Notes under the pieces: model-generated
The model's input: only the letters and a program-made list of their open reading frames with translations
The model's database searches: none
Told to the model about the DNA's origin: nothing
Source of the DNA: an uncultured Erysipelotrichaceae bacterium
GTDB taxonomy: Bacteria; Bacillota_I; Bacilli_A; Erysipelotrichales; Erysipelotrichaceae
Assembly (NCBI GenBank): GCA_942492995.1
Contig: OW818653.1
Span: 240,001 to 272,000, forward strand
Length of the DNA stretch: 32,000 bases
Direction of reading: 5' to 3'
Position numbers and translations under genes: made by a program
In this document: positions 23,754 to 32,000 of the stretch, one piece after another
How the letters are laid out: each line of letters opens with the position of its first letter
Numbering within the stretch: the first letter of the stretch is position 1

Positions 23754-24989
23754 CTATTTCCCTATACGATAAAGTCTACCCGAATCCGATATTGTATAGA
23801 GTGCACCATCAAGTCCTACCGCAATATCTCTAAAACGTTGACCTTCAGATTCGAGTAAACGCTCCTCACCAACAACTTTATTATCCTCAATTAGTAATCG
23901 AATAATATGTTGGCCTTTCAACCCACCGATAAATAGGTTATTTTCCCATTCTGGAATAACATTCGAATCATAGAAGATCATTCCACCAGGCGCAATAACA
24001 GGATCCCAATAATATACTGGTTGTTCAAGACCATCACGTATTGTTAAACCATCCCCAACCGGTGTTCCATTATATTCTTCACCATAACTAATGATTGGCC
24101 AACCATAATTCTTACCTAATTCAATACGATTTAATTCATCTCCACCTTGAGGACCCATTTCATTTGCCCATAGTTCTCCGGTTACGGGATGTATCGCAAG
24201 ACCTTGTACATTTCTATGTCCAATTGAAAATATTTCTTGATGTGCATTAGTTTGAAGGTAGAATGGATTTGTTTCTACGGGTTTTCCATCTGTTGTAATA
24301 TGTAAAATCTTACCATGTCCATTCTCAATGCTTTGTGCATTTGGACGTGTCTCTAAAGACTGACGATCACCTGTTGAGACAAACAAGTTACCTTCATTAT
24401 CGAATACGATTCGACTTCCATAATGATTATTTCCACTAAAATAAGGGTAAGCTCGATAAATGATTTCAAAATTCTCTATCATGGATAAATCATTTGCTAA
24501 ACGTCCTTTACCTACAGCTGTTAATGAACCGTTTGGAGTTTTCTCAGCAAGGGTAAAATACAGTAATCTACTTTCCTCAAAATCTTGACTTACTAGTACA
24601 TCCAATAAACCGCCTTGCTCACTCGAGTTAACAGCTGGAAATCCATATATGGATGGACTAATTTCACCTAGAATGTTGATAATACGTAACGATCCAAATC
24701 GCTCAGTTATGACAAAATCACCGTTAGGTAATACATCAATTCCCCATGGACTTAGTAAACTTTCAGTTATAAGTGTTGTAGAATATGAACTTGTCGTTTT
24801 AATCCCACTAATCCTAGTTTGACCATCAAATGCAGGTTCAAACTCCGTGTTAGCTTGACCCGACTCTACAGGTTCATAGAAGATAATTTCTGGTGGATTA
24901 TCTATTGGCTGTTCAAGTATGGGTGGATCAATTGTTTTCGTACATGCGACTAATGTGAAAATGATTAAATATTTAAATTTGTTTCGCAT
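23754..24989 (-). CDS. PQQ-dependent (soluble aldose/sorbosone) sugar dehydrogenase family lipoprotein
   Basis: Lipobox FTLVAC. YliI/GSDH-like motifs HYGSRIVFDNEGNLFVSTGDR and GHRNVQGLAIHPVTGELWANEMGPQGGDELNRIELGKNYGWP. Confidence 0.8.
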   Translation of the reverse strand: MRNKFKYLIIFTLVACTKTIDPPILEQPIDNPPEIIFYEPVESGQANTEFEPAFDGQTRISGIKTTSSYSTTLITESLLSPWGIDVLPNGDFVITERFGSLRIINILGEISPSIYGFPAVNSSEQGGLLDVLVSQDFEESRLLYFTLAEKTPNGSLTAVGKGRLANDLSMIENFEIIYRAYPYFSGNNHYGSRIVFDNEGNLFVSTGDRQSLETRPNAQSIENGHGKILHITTDGKPVETNPFYLQTNAHQEIFSIGHRNVQGLAIHPVTGELWANEMGPQGGDELNRIELGKNYGWPIISYGEEYNGTPVGDGLTIRDGLEQPVYYWDPVIAPGGMIFYDSNVIPEWENNLFIGGLKGQHIIRLLIEDNKVVGEERLLESEGQRFRDIAVGLDGALYTISDSGRLYRIGK

Positions 24990-25190
24990 AAATTTCCCTC
25001 ATTTAATTCATTATGACTATAAGGTCAGTATAGAATTCATAAATCGATTTATCCATATATATACACTTTAATGATAAAGATTCTTTAATTTAATCTATTC
25101 TCTATTAATTGTTTATTGATTGGTTTATTTAAACGATTAAAAAAAGTACTTTAAATTTCAATACTGCGTTAAACTTAATATAAGGCTAGA

Positions 25191-25619
25191 GTGAAAAAAA
25201 TGTTAGAAAATATTCCAAACTTTAAAGAATTTACGCATAAACAAGCATTGAATATTGGACTAGACGCATTAAAAATAGTATCAGATCGTCAACTTAGAAG
25301 AATTGGTGTACGGATTGTGATTGACGATATTTTAGTGTTCCAATATTTGATGGATGGAAAGAATGAGGATAATTATCTTAAAGGTAAAGAAAACGTAGTA
25401 AAAGAAACAAATGAATCTTCTATGTACGTATTTGAACATAAAGAAGAGTACAGTCATTTATTAGAAGATGCTAAATATTGTGTAAATGGTGGCGCAATCC
25501 CAATTATTATTGATCACCAAATAAGAGGGTCTATAAGTATTTCAGGAATGACACAAGAACTAGATCATTCATTAGCGTTAGAAGTATTGGTGAATTCATT
25601 TAATCAATCAATCGTTTAA
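25191..25619 (+). CDS. Heme-degrading-domain / UPF0303 (GlcG-like) protein
   Basis: NGGAIPIIIDHQIRGSISISGMTQELDHSLALEVL matches the UPF0303/DUF336-type C-terminal signature. The start is uncertain (GTG 25191 or ATG 25200). Confidence 0.55.
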   Translation: MKKMLENIPNFKEFTHKQALNIGLDALKIVSDRQLRRIGVRIVIDDILVFQYLMDGKNEDNYLKGKENVVKETNESSMYVFEHKEEYSHLLEDAKYCVNGGAIPIIIDHQIRGSISISGMTQELDHSLALEVLVNSFNQSIV

Positions 25620-25775
25620 TTTTAGGTGATAAGAGGAAAATGAAGATAACCTCAGTATTCGAACAACCAGAGCTAGAGAATTTTATGAGAAATATGGGTT
25701 TGCGTACATTGAGAATGGATATCATCCATGGGGAGAAGTATCTAGACTTTTTACGTATTTAATTAAATATAAGCG

Positions 25776-25819
25776 AAACTAATTAAATAGTACGATAACT
25801 CATTTAATTAGTTTTTTTA
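25776..25819 (+). terminator. Long AT-rich hairpin terminator
   Basis: Perfect 13-bp inverted repeat AAACTAATTAAAT (25776-25788) / ATTTAATTAGTTT (25802-25814), followed by TTTTT. Confidence 0.6.
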
Positions 25820-25831
25820 GTTTTATAAACA

Positions 25832-25860
25832 TTGAATCAACATGATGTAAATGTGATAAT
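25832..25860 (+). promoter_or_regulatory. Putative promoter of the beta-eliminating lyase gene
   Basis: TTGAAT, a 17-nt spacer, then GATAAT preceded by TGT (extended -10). Confidence 0.45.
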
Positions 25861-25903
25861 AGAAGAAATAAGAATATTTTTATTACTTAAACAAGGAGAA
25901 ATT

Positions 25904-27289
25904 ATGCAATTTCAAACAGCAGAACCTTTTAGAATAAAAATGATTGAACATGTTAAGAAAACGACTAAACATGATCGGACACAATGGTTAAAAGAAGCAC
26001 AATATAATGTGTTTAAAGTCAAAGCAGAGAATGTATATATTGATTGCTTAACAGATAGTGGGACGACCGCAATGAGTAAGAATCAATGGGCTGCTTTGAT
26101 GATGGGCGATGAATCATATGCAAGTTGTGATAGCTTTTTTAAATTAGAAAAATCAGTGCATGATGTGTTCGACTTCCCATATCTACAACCTGTTCATCAA
26201 GGTAGAGCTGCGGATTATTTATTGGCAAAGCTTTATACTAAACCAGGTAAAATTGCGATTGGGAATATGCATTTTGATACGTTTAGAGGGAATGCGGAAG
26301 TATTAGGTGCATTAGTAGAGGATTTAGTAAAAGATGAAGGAAAAGATGCGTCAAGTCCAGCTTCACCTTTTAAAGGGAATATCGATTTAAATAAATGTGA
26401 ACAAATAATAAATGAGAAAGGGTTGGACGCTGTAAGTGTTATTATCCTAACTGTCACATGCAATAATAATGGTGGTCAACCAGTTTCCATGCAAAATATT
26501 AAAGATACCGCATTGTTTGCGAAAAAATATAATATACCTTTTGTGATGGACATTGCGCGTGTTGCGGAGAATGCTTATTTTATTAAAACACGTGAAGAAG
26601 GGTATCATGATCGTTCGATTGAATCAATCATAAAAGAAAGTGTCTCATATTGTGAAACAGCTGTTATGAGCGCAAAAAAAGATGGATTAGTTAATATTGG
26701 TGGATTATTCCTATCAAGAAATAAAGATATTATGGATATGGCTAACCAATTGGCCATCGTTCATGAAGGCTTCTTAACGTATGGTGGATTAGCTGGACGT
26801 GACTTAGAAGCACTTGCGGTTGGGCTAAGAGAAGTGTGTGATTTTGATTATTTGGATTATCGTATTAAACAAGTTCAATACTTAGGTGACCAATTAAAGA
26901 AAAATGGGGTTCCAATTATAGAACCCACAGGTGGACATGGTGTTTATGTAGATGCTAGACGTTTCTTTGAACATATTCCACAATGTGAATTTCCTGCTCA
27001 GCGTTTAGTTGTCGCATTATATGAAGAAGCGGGTATAAGAGCAGTAGAACTCGGCGCATGTGCATTTGGAAGTAAAGATCCAATAACACATGAAGATGTA
27101 TGGCCACAATTAGAAACAATGCGTATCGCTATTTCGCGTCGTGTTTACACAAATGATCATATGGATTGTATAGCAAATGCGCTTAGTTATATTTATCAAA
27201 ATAGAAAAGACTATCGAGGATTAAAACTTGTCTATCAAGGTCCAATTCAATCATTAAGACACTTTACTGCAGGATTTGAATTACTATAA
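25904..27289 (+). CDS. Beta-eliminating lyase: tryptophanase / tyrosine phenol-lyase family (PLP-dependent)
   Basis: Start at MQFQTAEPFRIKMIE, 6 nt after AAGGAGA. Motifs DCLTDSGTTAMS, HQGRAA, PLP-lysine SAKKD, and GGHGVYVDARRFFEHIPQCEFPAQ. The sequence is colinear with TnaA and TPL as I recall them. Confidence 0.85.
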   Translation: MQFQTAEPFRIKMIEHVKKTTKHDRTQWLKEAQYNVFKVKAENVYIDCLTDSGTTAMSKNQWAALMMGDESYASCDSFFKLEKSVHDVFDFPYLQPVHQGRAADYLLAKLYTKPGKIAIGNMHFDTFRGNAEVLGALVEDLVKDEGKDASSPASPFKGNIDLNKCEQIINEKGLDAVSVIILTVTCNNNGGQPVSMQNIKDTALFAKKYNIPFVMDIARVAENAYFIKTREEGYHDRSIESIIKESVSYCETAVMSAKKDGLVNIGGLFLSRNKDIMDMANQLAIVHEGFLTYGGLAGRDLEALAVGLREVCDFDYLDYRIKQVQYLGDQLKKNGVPIIEPTGGHGVYVDARRFFEHIPQCEFPAQRLVVALYEEAGIRAVELGACAFGSKDPITHEDVWPQLETMRIAISRRVYTNDHMDCIANALSYIYQNRKDYRGLKLVYQGPIQSLRHFTAGFELL

Positions 27290-28123
27290 TACGTGTTTTA
27301 TTAAACTGTGATATATTCCATCTTCATCATTAGATAATGTAATTTCATTTGCGGCATGTTTTAAATCCTCTACTGCATTTGCCATCGCTATGCCAATACC
27401 AGCGTAGTTGATAATCGAAATATCGTTATGCCCATCTCCAAATGAGATAACTTCATCACGATGAATACCCAATGGTTTTAAAACTGTATCTAATGCGTGT
27501 GCTTTATCGATTCCAAGAGCTGTAAACTCATAATAAATGGATGCGGTGAACATTGAATTTAATAACCCTTTGAATGGTTCACTCATACTTAAATAATTTT
27601 CCTTTAAATACTCAGGGCTTCCAGCCACGAGTATTTTATTTTGCGGAAAATCAGCGAAAGTTGCTAAATCATCAACCTCACAGAGTTTATAAGAACCGCC
27701 TCTTGATTCATATTGAATTACATTAAAATTTGGGTTATTTGGGATACTGATATTGCATTTATATACATCGTTAACATACATTACATCTTCGCGTGTAATC
27801 ATAGGAATAACATCAAATTTCTTTAAATGTTCTAACAAAGCCTGACATTCTTTAATTGGCATTGTTTGATTAAACAGAATTTCATGTGTTTCACAATCTA
27901 CAACTTGAGAACCATTGAATGACACAATTAATCCATGGTGTTTATCCATTTCTAATTCCTTTGTAAGAGCCAACATCCCAACTGTTGGTCTACCTGACGC
28001 AAGGATTATTTTTACTCCATTTTGTTGAGCTTGAATGAGTGCATTTTTAGTCAATTCTGAAATCTTTTTATCACTATTTAATAGTGTACCGTCAATATCT
28101 AATACAATAACTTTAATTTTCAT
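27284..28123 (-). CDS. Cof-type HAD-IIB phosphatase
   Basis: Start at MKIKVIVLDIDGTLL, after SD GGGAGA. Motifs DIDGT (I), ASGR (II) and GDGHNDISI (IV). The tracked start at 28150 has no SD. Confidence 0.85.
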   Translation of the reverse strand: MKIKVIVLDIDGTLLNSDKKISELTKNALIQAQQNGVKIILASGRPTVGMLALTKELEMDKHHGLIVSFNGSQVVDCETHEILFNQTMPIKECQALLEHLKKFDVIPMITREDVMYVNDVYKCNISIPNNPNFNVIQYESRGGSYKLCEVDDLATFADFPQNKILVAGSPEYLKENYLSMSEPFKGLLNSMFTASIYYEFTALGIDKAHALDTVLKPLGIHRDEVISFGDGHNDISIINYAGIGIAMANAVEDLKHAANEITLSNDEDGIYHSLIKHVL

Positions 28124-28228
28124 AGTAATCTCCCAATAGAATTGTATCATAACAAATACTCCACATTTAACCTTGCTTATTGAATCAATTCAGGAGTACT
28201 ATTTATTTATAAAAAGGGAGGAATAGTT

Positions 28229-29722
28229 ATGCGTGGTGTGTTTACAACGGTAAAGTTTTTAAGAAATGAAATATTCAAAAATATCACTGTAGCCGCATAT
28301 GAAGAATGGTCAAAGGAACAAATAGAAGCTATTCCAAACGACATACTTGTGGATGGTGCACCTAATTATCGTGACTCAGTTGAAAGAGAACGTGAAATTG
28401 TTCGAGCAAGAATAAAAGCCGCAATGAACATGGAAATGGGCACTCGTTTTGATGAACATTTTATTGAAGAAGATCTAATCGAATTACGCAATAAAAAAGT
28501 CTCGAAAGATTTAGTAACTGTTATACCGCAAGCCTGTGAAGCGTGTCCTGAGAAAAGTTTCTTTGTGACAAATGCATGTCATGGTTGTTTAGCACATCCA
28601 TGTGTTGAAGTATGTCCAGTTAATGCAGTAAGTTTAATTGATAAACATGCCTACATCGATCAAGAAGCATGTATCAAATGTGGAAAATGTTACGATGTTT
28701 GCCCATATGGATCGATTGTAAAGAATGAAAGACCATGTACTGTTGCATGTGGTGTTAATGCGATTACTAAAGATACGGAAGATAGAGCTGTTATTGTAAG
28801 TGATAAATGTGTAAGTTGTGGAATGTGTATGGTCGCATGTCCATTTGGAGCGATTGTTGATAAATCAGAAATATATCAATTAGTTGAAGCGCTTAAAGGT
28901 GAAAGTGAAGTATGCGCTATAATCGCACCTGCTTTCGTTGGACAATTTGGGGATAAAGTTTCACCTGATCAAGTTGTGGAAGGTTTATTACAACTAGGAT
29001 TTGATGATGTTGGTGAAGTTGCTTATGGAGCCGATATAACAACAGTTGATGAAGCACGCCATTTCTTAAAACATGTTCCGCTTGATCAACCATTCTTAGC
29101 GACATCATGTTGTCCTGCGTGGTTACAAGTTGCGCAGAAGGAATTAGGCGATAAAAAATATTGTGTTTCGGATTCATCATCGCCAATGGTAGAAACCGCA
29201 AACTACTTAAGACGTAATTTCCCTAATACAAAGATTGTGTTTGTTGGTCCATGTTCCGCAAAGAAATTTGAAGCTGCGTACATGGATGTACATAATAGCG
29301 TAGATTTTGTTATTACGTACGAAGAAATTAACGCAATGTTTATTGCAAGAGGGATTGAGTTATCAAAATTAGAACCTAGTCAAAAACTTAATCATGCGTC
29401 GGTTGATGGCCGTGGATTTGCGATTGCGGGCGGTGTATTAAACGCTGTAGAAAACGTTATTCGAAGAATAGATCCTGATCGCGTTGTAAAAGTTGAAAGA
29501 GCAGAAACACTACATAATTGTAAACGCATGTTATTACTTGCGAAAGCTGGTAAGAAAGATAATTATCTACTTGAAGGAATGGCATGTCCTGGAGGTTGTG
29601 TGGGTGGTGCTGGTACAATTATTCATCAGACAAGAGCGATGTCTAATGTCACAAACTTCGCAAGATCATCTGAACGTTCAAGCGCATTAAAAACATACGA
29701 AGAAGTTAAATTAAGCAAATAA
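28229..29722 (+). CDS. [FeFe]-hydrogenase-like protein with N-terminal ferredoxin-type 4Fe-4S domains
   Basis: Several Cys clusters (CHGCLAHPCVEVCP, CIKCGKCYDVCP, CVSCGMCMVACP). All three H-cluster motifs are present: TSCCPAW (L1), PCSAKKFE (L2) and EGMACPGGCVGG (L3). Confidence 0.8.
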   Translation: MRGVFTTVKFLRNEIFKNITVAAYEEWSKEQIEAIPNDILVDGAPNYRDSVEREREIVRARIKAAMNMEMGTRFDEHFIEEDLIELRNKKVSKDLVTVIPQACEACPEKSFFVTNACHGCLAHPCVEVCPVNAVSLIDKHAYIDQEACIKCGKCYDVCPYGSIVKNERPCTVACGVNAITKDTEDRAVIVSDKCVSCGMCMVACPFGAIVDKSEIYQLVEALKGESEVCAIIAPAFVGQFGDKVSPDQVVEGLLQLGFDDVGEVAYGADITTVDEARHFLKHVPLDQPFLATSCCPAWLQVAQKELGDKKYCVSDSSSPMVETANYLRRNFPNTKIVFVGPCSAKKFEAAYMDVHNSVDFVITYEEINAMFIARGIELSKLEPSQKLNHASVDGRGFAIAGGVLNAVENVIRRIDPDRVVKVERAETLHNCKRMLLLAKAGKKDNYLLEGMACPGGCVGGAGTIIHQTRAMSNVTNFARSSERSSALKTYEEVKLSK

Positions 29723-29729
29723 ACATAGA

Positions 29730-29759
29730 AACACTTTATTCCATATAAAGTGTTTTTAA
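29730..29759 (+). terminator. Terminator after the hydrogenase-like gene
   Basis: AAACACTTTAT-TCCAT-ATAAAGTGTTT hairpin followed by TT and then AT-rich sequence. Confidence 0.7.
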
Positions 29760-29817
29760 TCATAATAATTCTATTGAAATTGTGTAAATGTTACTATTTA
29801 AATAGTGGAGAGAAACT

Positions 29818-30498
29818 ATGACACAAACCGTGAACGATATCCTGAAAACTATTGCAGCACTAGCGTATGACAAACGAAAAGAAATGTATCTTAAACAAGG
29901 TGTTAAAGAAGAAATACTTGGAGTGAATTTAGGGGATTTACGTAAAATAGCTGAAAAGTATAAAACGAATCATGATCTAGCTTTACACTTATGGGAAACC
30001 AATATCTATGAGGCAAGAGTTATCGCATGTAAGCTATTCGATTCTAAACAACTCAGTTTAGGTGAACTTAATCGATTATTACTATCCACTGAGTCAGGTC
30101 CAGTTATTGATGAATTAAGTTTCCAAGTATTTGAATTCCTAGAAAATCAATTAGAATTATTTGATTTATGGATACACAGCGATGAACCAAGATTCAAACG
30201 AGCTGGTTGGAATATGGGTATTATCTTAAATCACGATTCAAAATTTAGTGATGTTAAATTAAATGAAATTCTAGATTACATAGATAATAATCTTTCTCTC
30301 GCAATGAATGTTTATCAATTTGCGATGAATCGTTGTTTAAGTGAAATCGGTATTAAATACGATCATTTAACAGAGCGATGCGTATCCATAGGTGAAAAAC
30401 ATGGAGTATACAAGGAAATGAAAGTTAGTAAAGGTTGTACATCTCCGTATGCACCGACTTGGATTAGTGTAGTACGCAAGAAAAACAATAAGAGTTAA
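29818..30498 (+). CDS. DNA alkylation repair protein (AlkD-like HEAT-repeat family)
   Basis: 226 aa. LGVNLGDLRKIAEKYKTNHDLALHLWETNIYEARVIACKLF matches the DNA_alkylation family pattern. SD GGAGAGAAA upstream. Confidence 0.7.
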   Translation: MTQTVNDILKTIAALAYDKRKEMYLKQGVKEEILGVNLGDLRKIAEKYKTNHDLALHLWETNIYEARVIACKLFDSKQLSLGELNRLLLSTESGPVIDELSFQVFEFLENQLELFDLWIHSDEPRFKRAGWNMGIILNHDSKFSDVKLNEILDYIDNNLSLAMNVYQFAMNRCLSEIGIKYDHLTERCVSIGEKHGVYKEMKVSKGCTSPYAPTWISVVRKKNNKS

Positions 30499-30500
30499 AA

Positions 30501-30524
30501 AAAAGTACCAATATTGGTACTTTC
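30501..30524. terminator. Bidirectional terminator between convergent genes
   Basis: Palindrome AAAGTACCAAT/ATTGGTACTTT flanked by an A-run and a T-rich tract. Confidence 0.65.
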
Positions 30525-30529
30525 GTTTG

Positions 30530-31012
30530 TTATGCTCTTTGACCTAAACGATCATCCATCATCATAATACCAATTGGTGTAGGTACTTTTTCAAGACGAG
30601 TGATGATATCGACTAGAGTTGATTCTTCTTCTACTTGTTCATCAATGAACCATCTATATAGATTAGCCATTGCGTATTCCTTAGCGGAAGTTGCTTCTTC
30701 GTATAATTTAACAATACGAGCCGTAACTTTCTTTTCATGTTCTAATGATAGTTTAAACAAATCTAAGAAACCTGGGAAATCAGTTGCTCCTGCTTTGATT
30801 GGAGTTAATAATACTCTTTCATTAACTTCATATAAGAAGTGCATCATTTTCTTACCATGATTTACTTCTTCAGATGCTTGTTTTTCCATCCATTTAGCGG
30901 TTCCTGGGTAACCATTTTCTTGTGCCCATGTTGACATTGAGAGGTAGAGATAACTTGATTCGAATTCAAAATTAATTTGGTCTAATGCTAATTCAAGTAG
31001 TTCTTTTTTCAT
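30530..31012 (-). CDS. ftnA: Non-heme bacterial ferritin
   Basis: LDQINFEFESSYLYLSMSTWAQENGYPGTAKWMEKQASEEVNHGKKMMHFL and LSLEHEKKVT contain the ferroxidase-centre E/H residues of bacterial ferritins. Confidence 0.85.
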   Translation of the reverse strand: MKKELLELALDQINFEFESSYLYLSMSTWAQENGYPGTAKWMEKQASEEVNHGKKMMHFLYEVNERVLLTPIKAGATDFPGFLDLFKLSLEHEKKVTARIVKLYEEATSAKEYAMANLYRWFIDEQVEEESTLVDIITRLEKVPTPIGIMMMDDRLGQRA

Positions 31013-31091
31013 AAAATTCTCCTTACTTAAAATATAACATAAAATTCAATTTAAGCATAATGACTCGCTCAATTTTATGATTTCTAGTTGT

Positions 31092-32000
31092 TTAAACAAG
31101 AGCCGCATTCTTCCATTTACCGCTCTTTAATCGACGATGTTGAACGATTGTACGATAGATCCAATCAATACCCATGGCTAAATAAACGCCATATACACCA
31201 AGATTAAATAATATCGATAATATGAATGAAGCGGTAATTCTAAACGCAAACATCGCAACAATCGAAACTGTCATCGTAAATTTCGCATCACCTGCAGCTC
31301 TTAAACCATTAGATAACGTAAATGCGGAAGGCCAGATAGCCATCGTCATTAAATTATGAATAATCATTAATGTAAACGTTATATTACGTGCTTCATCAGA
31401 TAATGTGTATAAATTAAGAATCCATGGTAAGAAGATTAATTGTGTACTTGCGATAACAACAGTCATATAACGTGCTTGTTTTAATAGCTTCTTAATGTAG
31501 AACTCAGCTTGTTCAAACTCTTTGGCTCCAATACATTGACCTACAACGGTAACAATCGCAAAATTAATCGCCATCGCAAAGCTGATCGCAAACATGCCTA
31601 GGCTATTTGTGATACCGTTAGCGGTTATTTGTGCCGTCCCGAATAAAGCGATTATACTTGTTAGTAATATACGCCCTAATTGAGTTATTCCATTTTCAAT
31701 CCCATTAGGAACCGCAACAGAAAGTATTTTCTTGATTAATGATTTATCCCAATTAAAGATCGATTTAAAATCTAAGTAAATTACATTATCGAGATTAAAA
31801 TTCAAACTAACTAACACAATGGACGCAAGTAATCGTGATAACAATGTTGCGATTGCGACACCAGTAATTCCAGACTTTAACACGAAAATAGCGACATAGA
31901 ATCCAACAATATTTAATCCATTCATAAATAATGATGCGAACATTGGGACTTTTGAATTACCCATTGATCTAAATAGAGCAGCACTCGTATTGTATAGTGC
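31092..32000 (-). CDS. MATE family efflux transporter, C-terminal part (5' end outside window)
   Basis: Multi-TM protein. The frame stays open upstream of the tracked Met (…ALYNTSAALFRSMGNSKVPMF, a typical MATE loop), so the gene continues past nt 32000. Confidence 0.8.
   Translation of the reverse strand, partial: ALYNTSAALFRSMGNSKVPMFASLFMNGLNIVGFYVAIFVLKSGITGVAIATLLSRLLASIVLVSLNFNLDNVIYLDFKSIFNWDKSLIKKILSVAVPNGIENGITQLGRILLTSIIALFGTAQITANGITNSLGMFAISFAMAINFAIVTVVGQCIGAKEFEQAEFYIKKLLKQARYMTVVIASTQLIFLPWILNLYTLSDEARNITFTLMIIHNLMTMAIWPSAFTLSNGLRAAGDAKFTMTVSIVAMFAFRITASFILSILFNLGVYGVYLAMGIDWIYRTIVQHRRLKSGKWKNAALV

Noticed and set aside
25832-25903. N-terminal extension (MNQHDVNVIIEE...) of the lyase ORF from a TTG start
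   Set aside because: The TTG is the -35 element of the best promoter candidate. A strong SD (AAGGAGA) precedes ATG 25904, and family members start at M..(A/P)EPFRIK.
27284-27289. 6-nt convergent overlap of the lyase and HAD phosphatase stop regions with no terminator between them
   Set aside because: This is real in the sequence, but short convergent overlaps are common in compact genomes. Nothing suggests a regulatory role.
1090-30860. Other short ORFs in the track nested inside or antisense to long genes: 1090..1281, 2082..2285, 3014..3220, 3616..3843, 10427..10633, 11577..11885, 11614..11811, 16223..16561, 18078..18299, 18426..18842, 20129..20356, 23500..23703, 26233..26463, 28917..29201, 29493..29690, 30600..30860
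   Set aside because: All lie within well-supported longer CDSs, lack SD sequences, and have low-complexity or hydrophobic translations typical of AT-rich off-frame reading.
1-32000. Mollicutes-type genetic code (TGA = Trp), suggested by low GC and Acholeplasma-like gene content
   Set aside because: Several well-supported genes end with TGA, including ATGA stop/start overlaps at 4623-4626 and 20070-20073. Long ORFs are intact under the standard code.
1-32000. CRISPR arrays, rRNA genes, IS elements, integrase or transposase
   Set aside because: Reading both strands, I saw no regularly spaced direct repeats, no rRNA-like sequence, and no recombinase-like ORF. The only repeats are the 11-bp tandem at 9232 and the terminator palindromes.
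1-32000. Depletion of GGCC sites as evidence for the R-M specificity
   Set aside because: I spotted about a dozen GGCC sites by eye across phage and host parts, for example at 4606, 5465, 8391, 9370, 13267 and 20078. That is roughly the order expected for this GC content. My scan is not exhaustive, so no avoidance claim can be made.

Overview
This is a 32-kb window from a low-GC, Gram-positive-type genome (Firmicutes / Acholeplasma-Erysipelotrichia-like gene content). It uses the standard genetic code: TGA is a stop, for example in the ATGA overlaps at 4623 and 20070. All calls rest on motifs read by eye and on remembered family signatures; no searches were run.

- **nt 1 to ~5.7 kb, prophage late end.** A 5'-truncated structural gene is followed by a 630-aa tail or receptor-binding-type protein with about six beta-propeller-like repeats. 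Next come an untracked 54-aa zinc-ribbon ORF and two overlapping structural ORFs. The arm ends in a lysis cassette of holin-like membrane proteins, an M23 peptidase endolysin with a PG-binding tail, and a TM/coiled-coil protein, closed by a strong terminator.
- **nt 5.8 to 9.3 kb, accessory cargo between the lysis cassette and tRNA-Ser(GGA).** First is a translationally coupled three-gene cassette: a Panacea/DUF4065 (SocA-like antitoxin) protein followed by two proteins I cannot assign. This is my best candidate for an undescribed toxin-antitoxin or anti-phage system. After it come tandem terminators, the second of which copies a tRNA-Phe(GAA) anticodon stem-loop. Last is an NgoPII/HaeIII-like (probable GGCC) type II restriction-modification pair.
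- **nt 9.3 to 32 kb, ordinary chromosome.**
  - LemA plus a TPM-domain protein, tRNA-Leu(CAA), and an Fe-dependent alcohol dehydrogenase.
  - A signalling cluster: an orphan sugar-type SBP lipoprotein, an HD-GYP response regulator, and a BvgS-like hybrid histidine kinase with an Hpt domain.
  - An Amidase_3 gene and the serC-serA-DUF1015 operon.
  - DUF1801, DUF1080, a PQQ-type sugar dehydrogenase lipoprotein, and a UPF0303/heme-degrading-domain protein.
  - A tryptophanase / tyrosine phenol-lyase family lyase, a Cof-type HAD hydrolase, and a ferredoxin-fused [FeFe]-hydrogenase-like protein.
  - An AlkD-like DNA alkylation repair protein, ferritin, and a truncated MATE efflux gene.

No CRISPR array, rRNA, integrase or transposase is visible.
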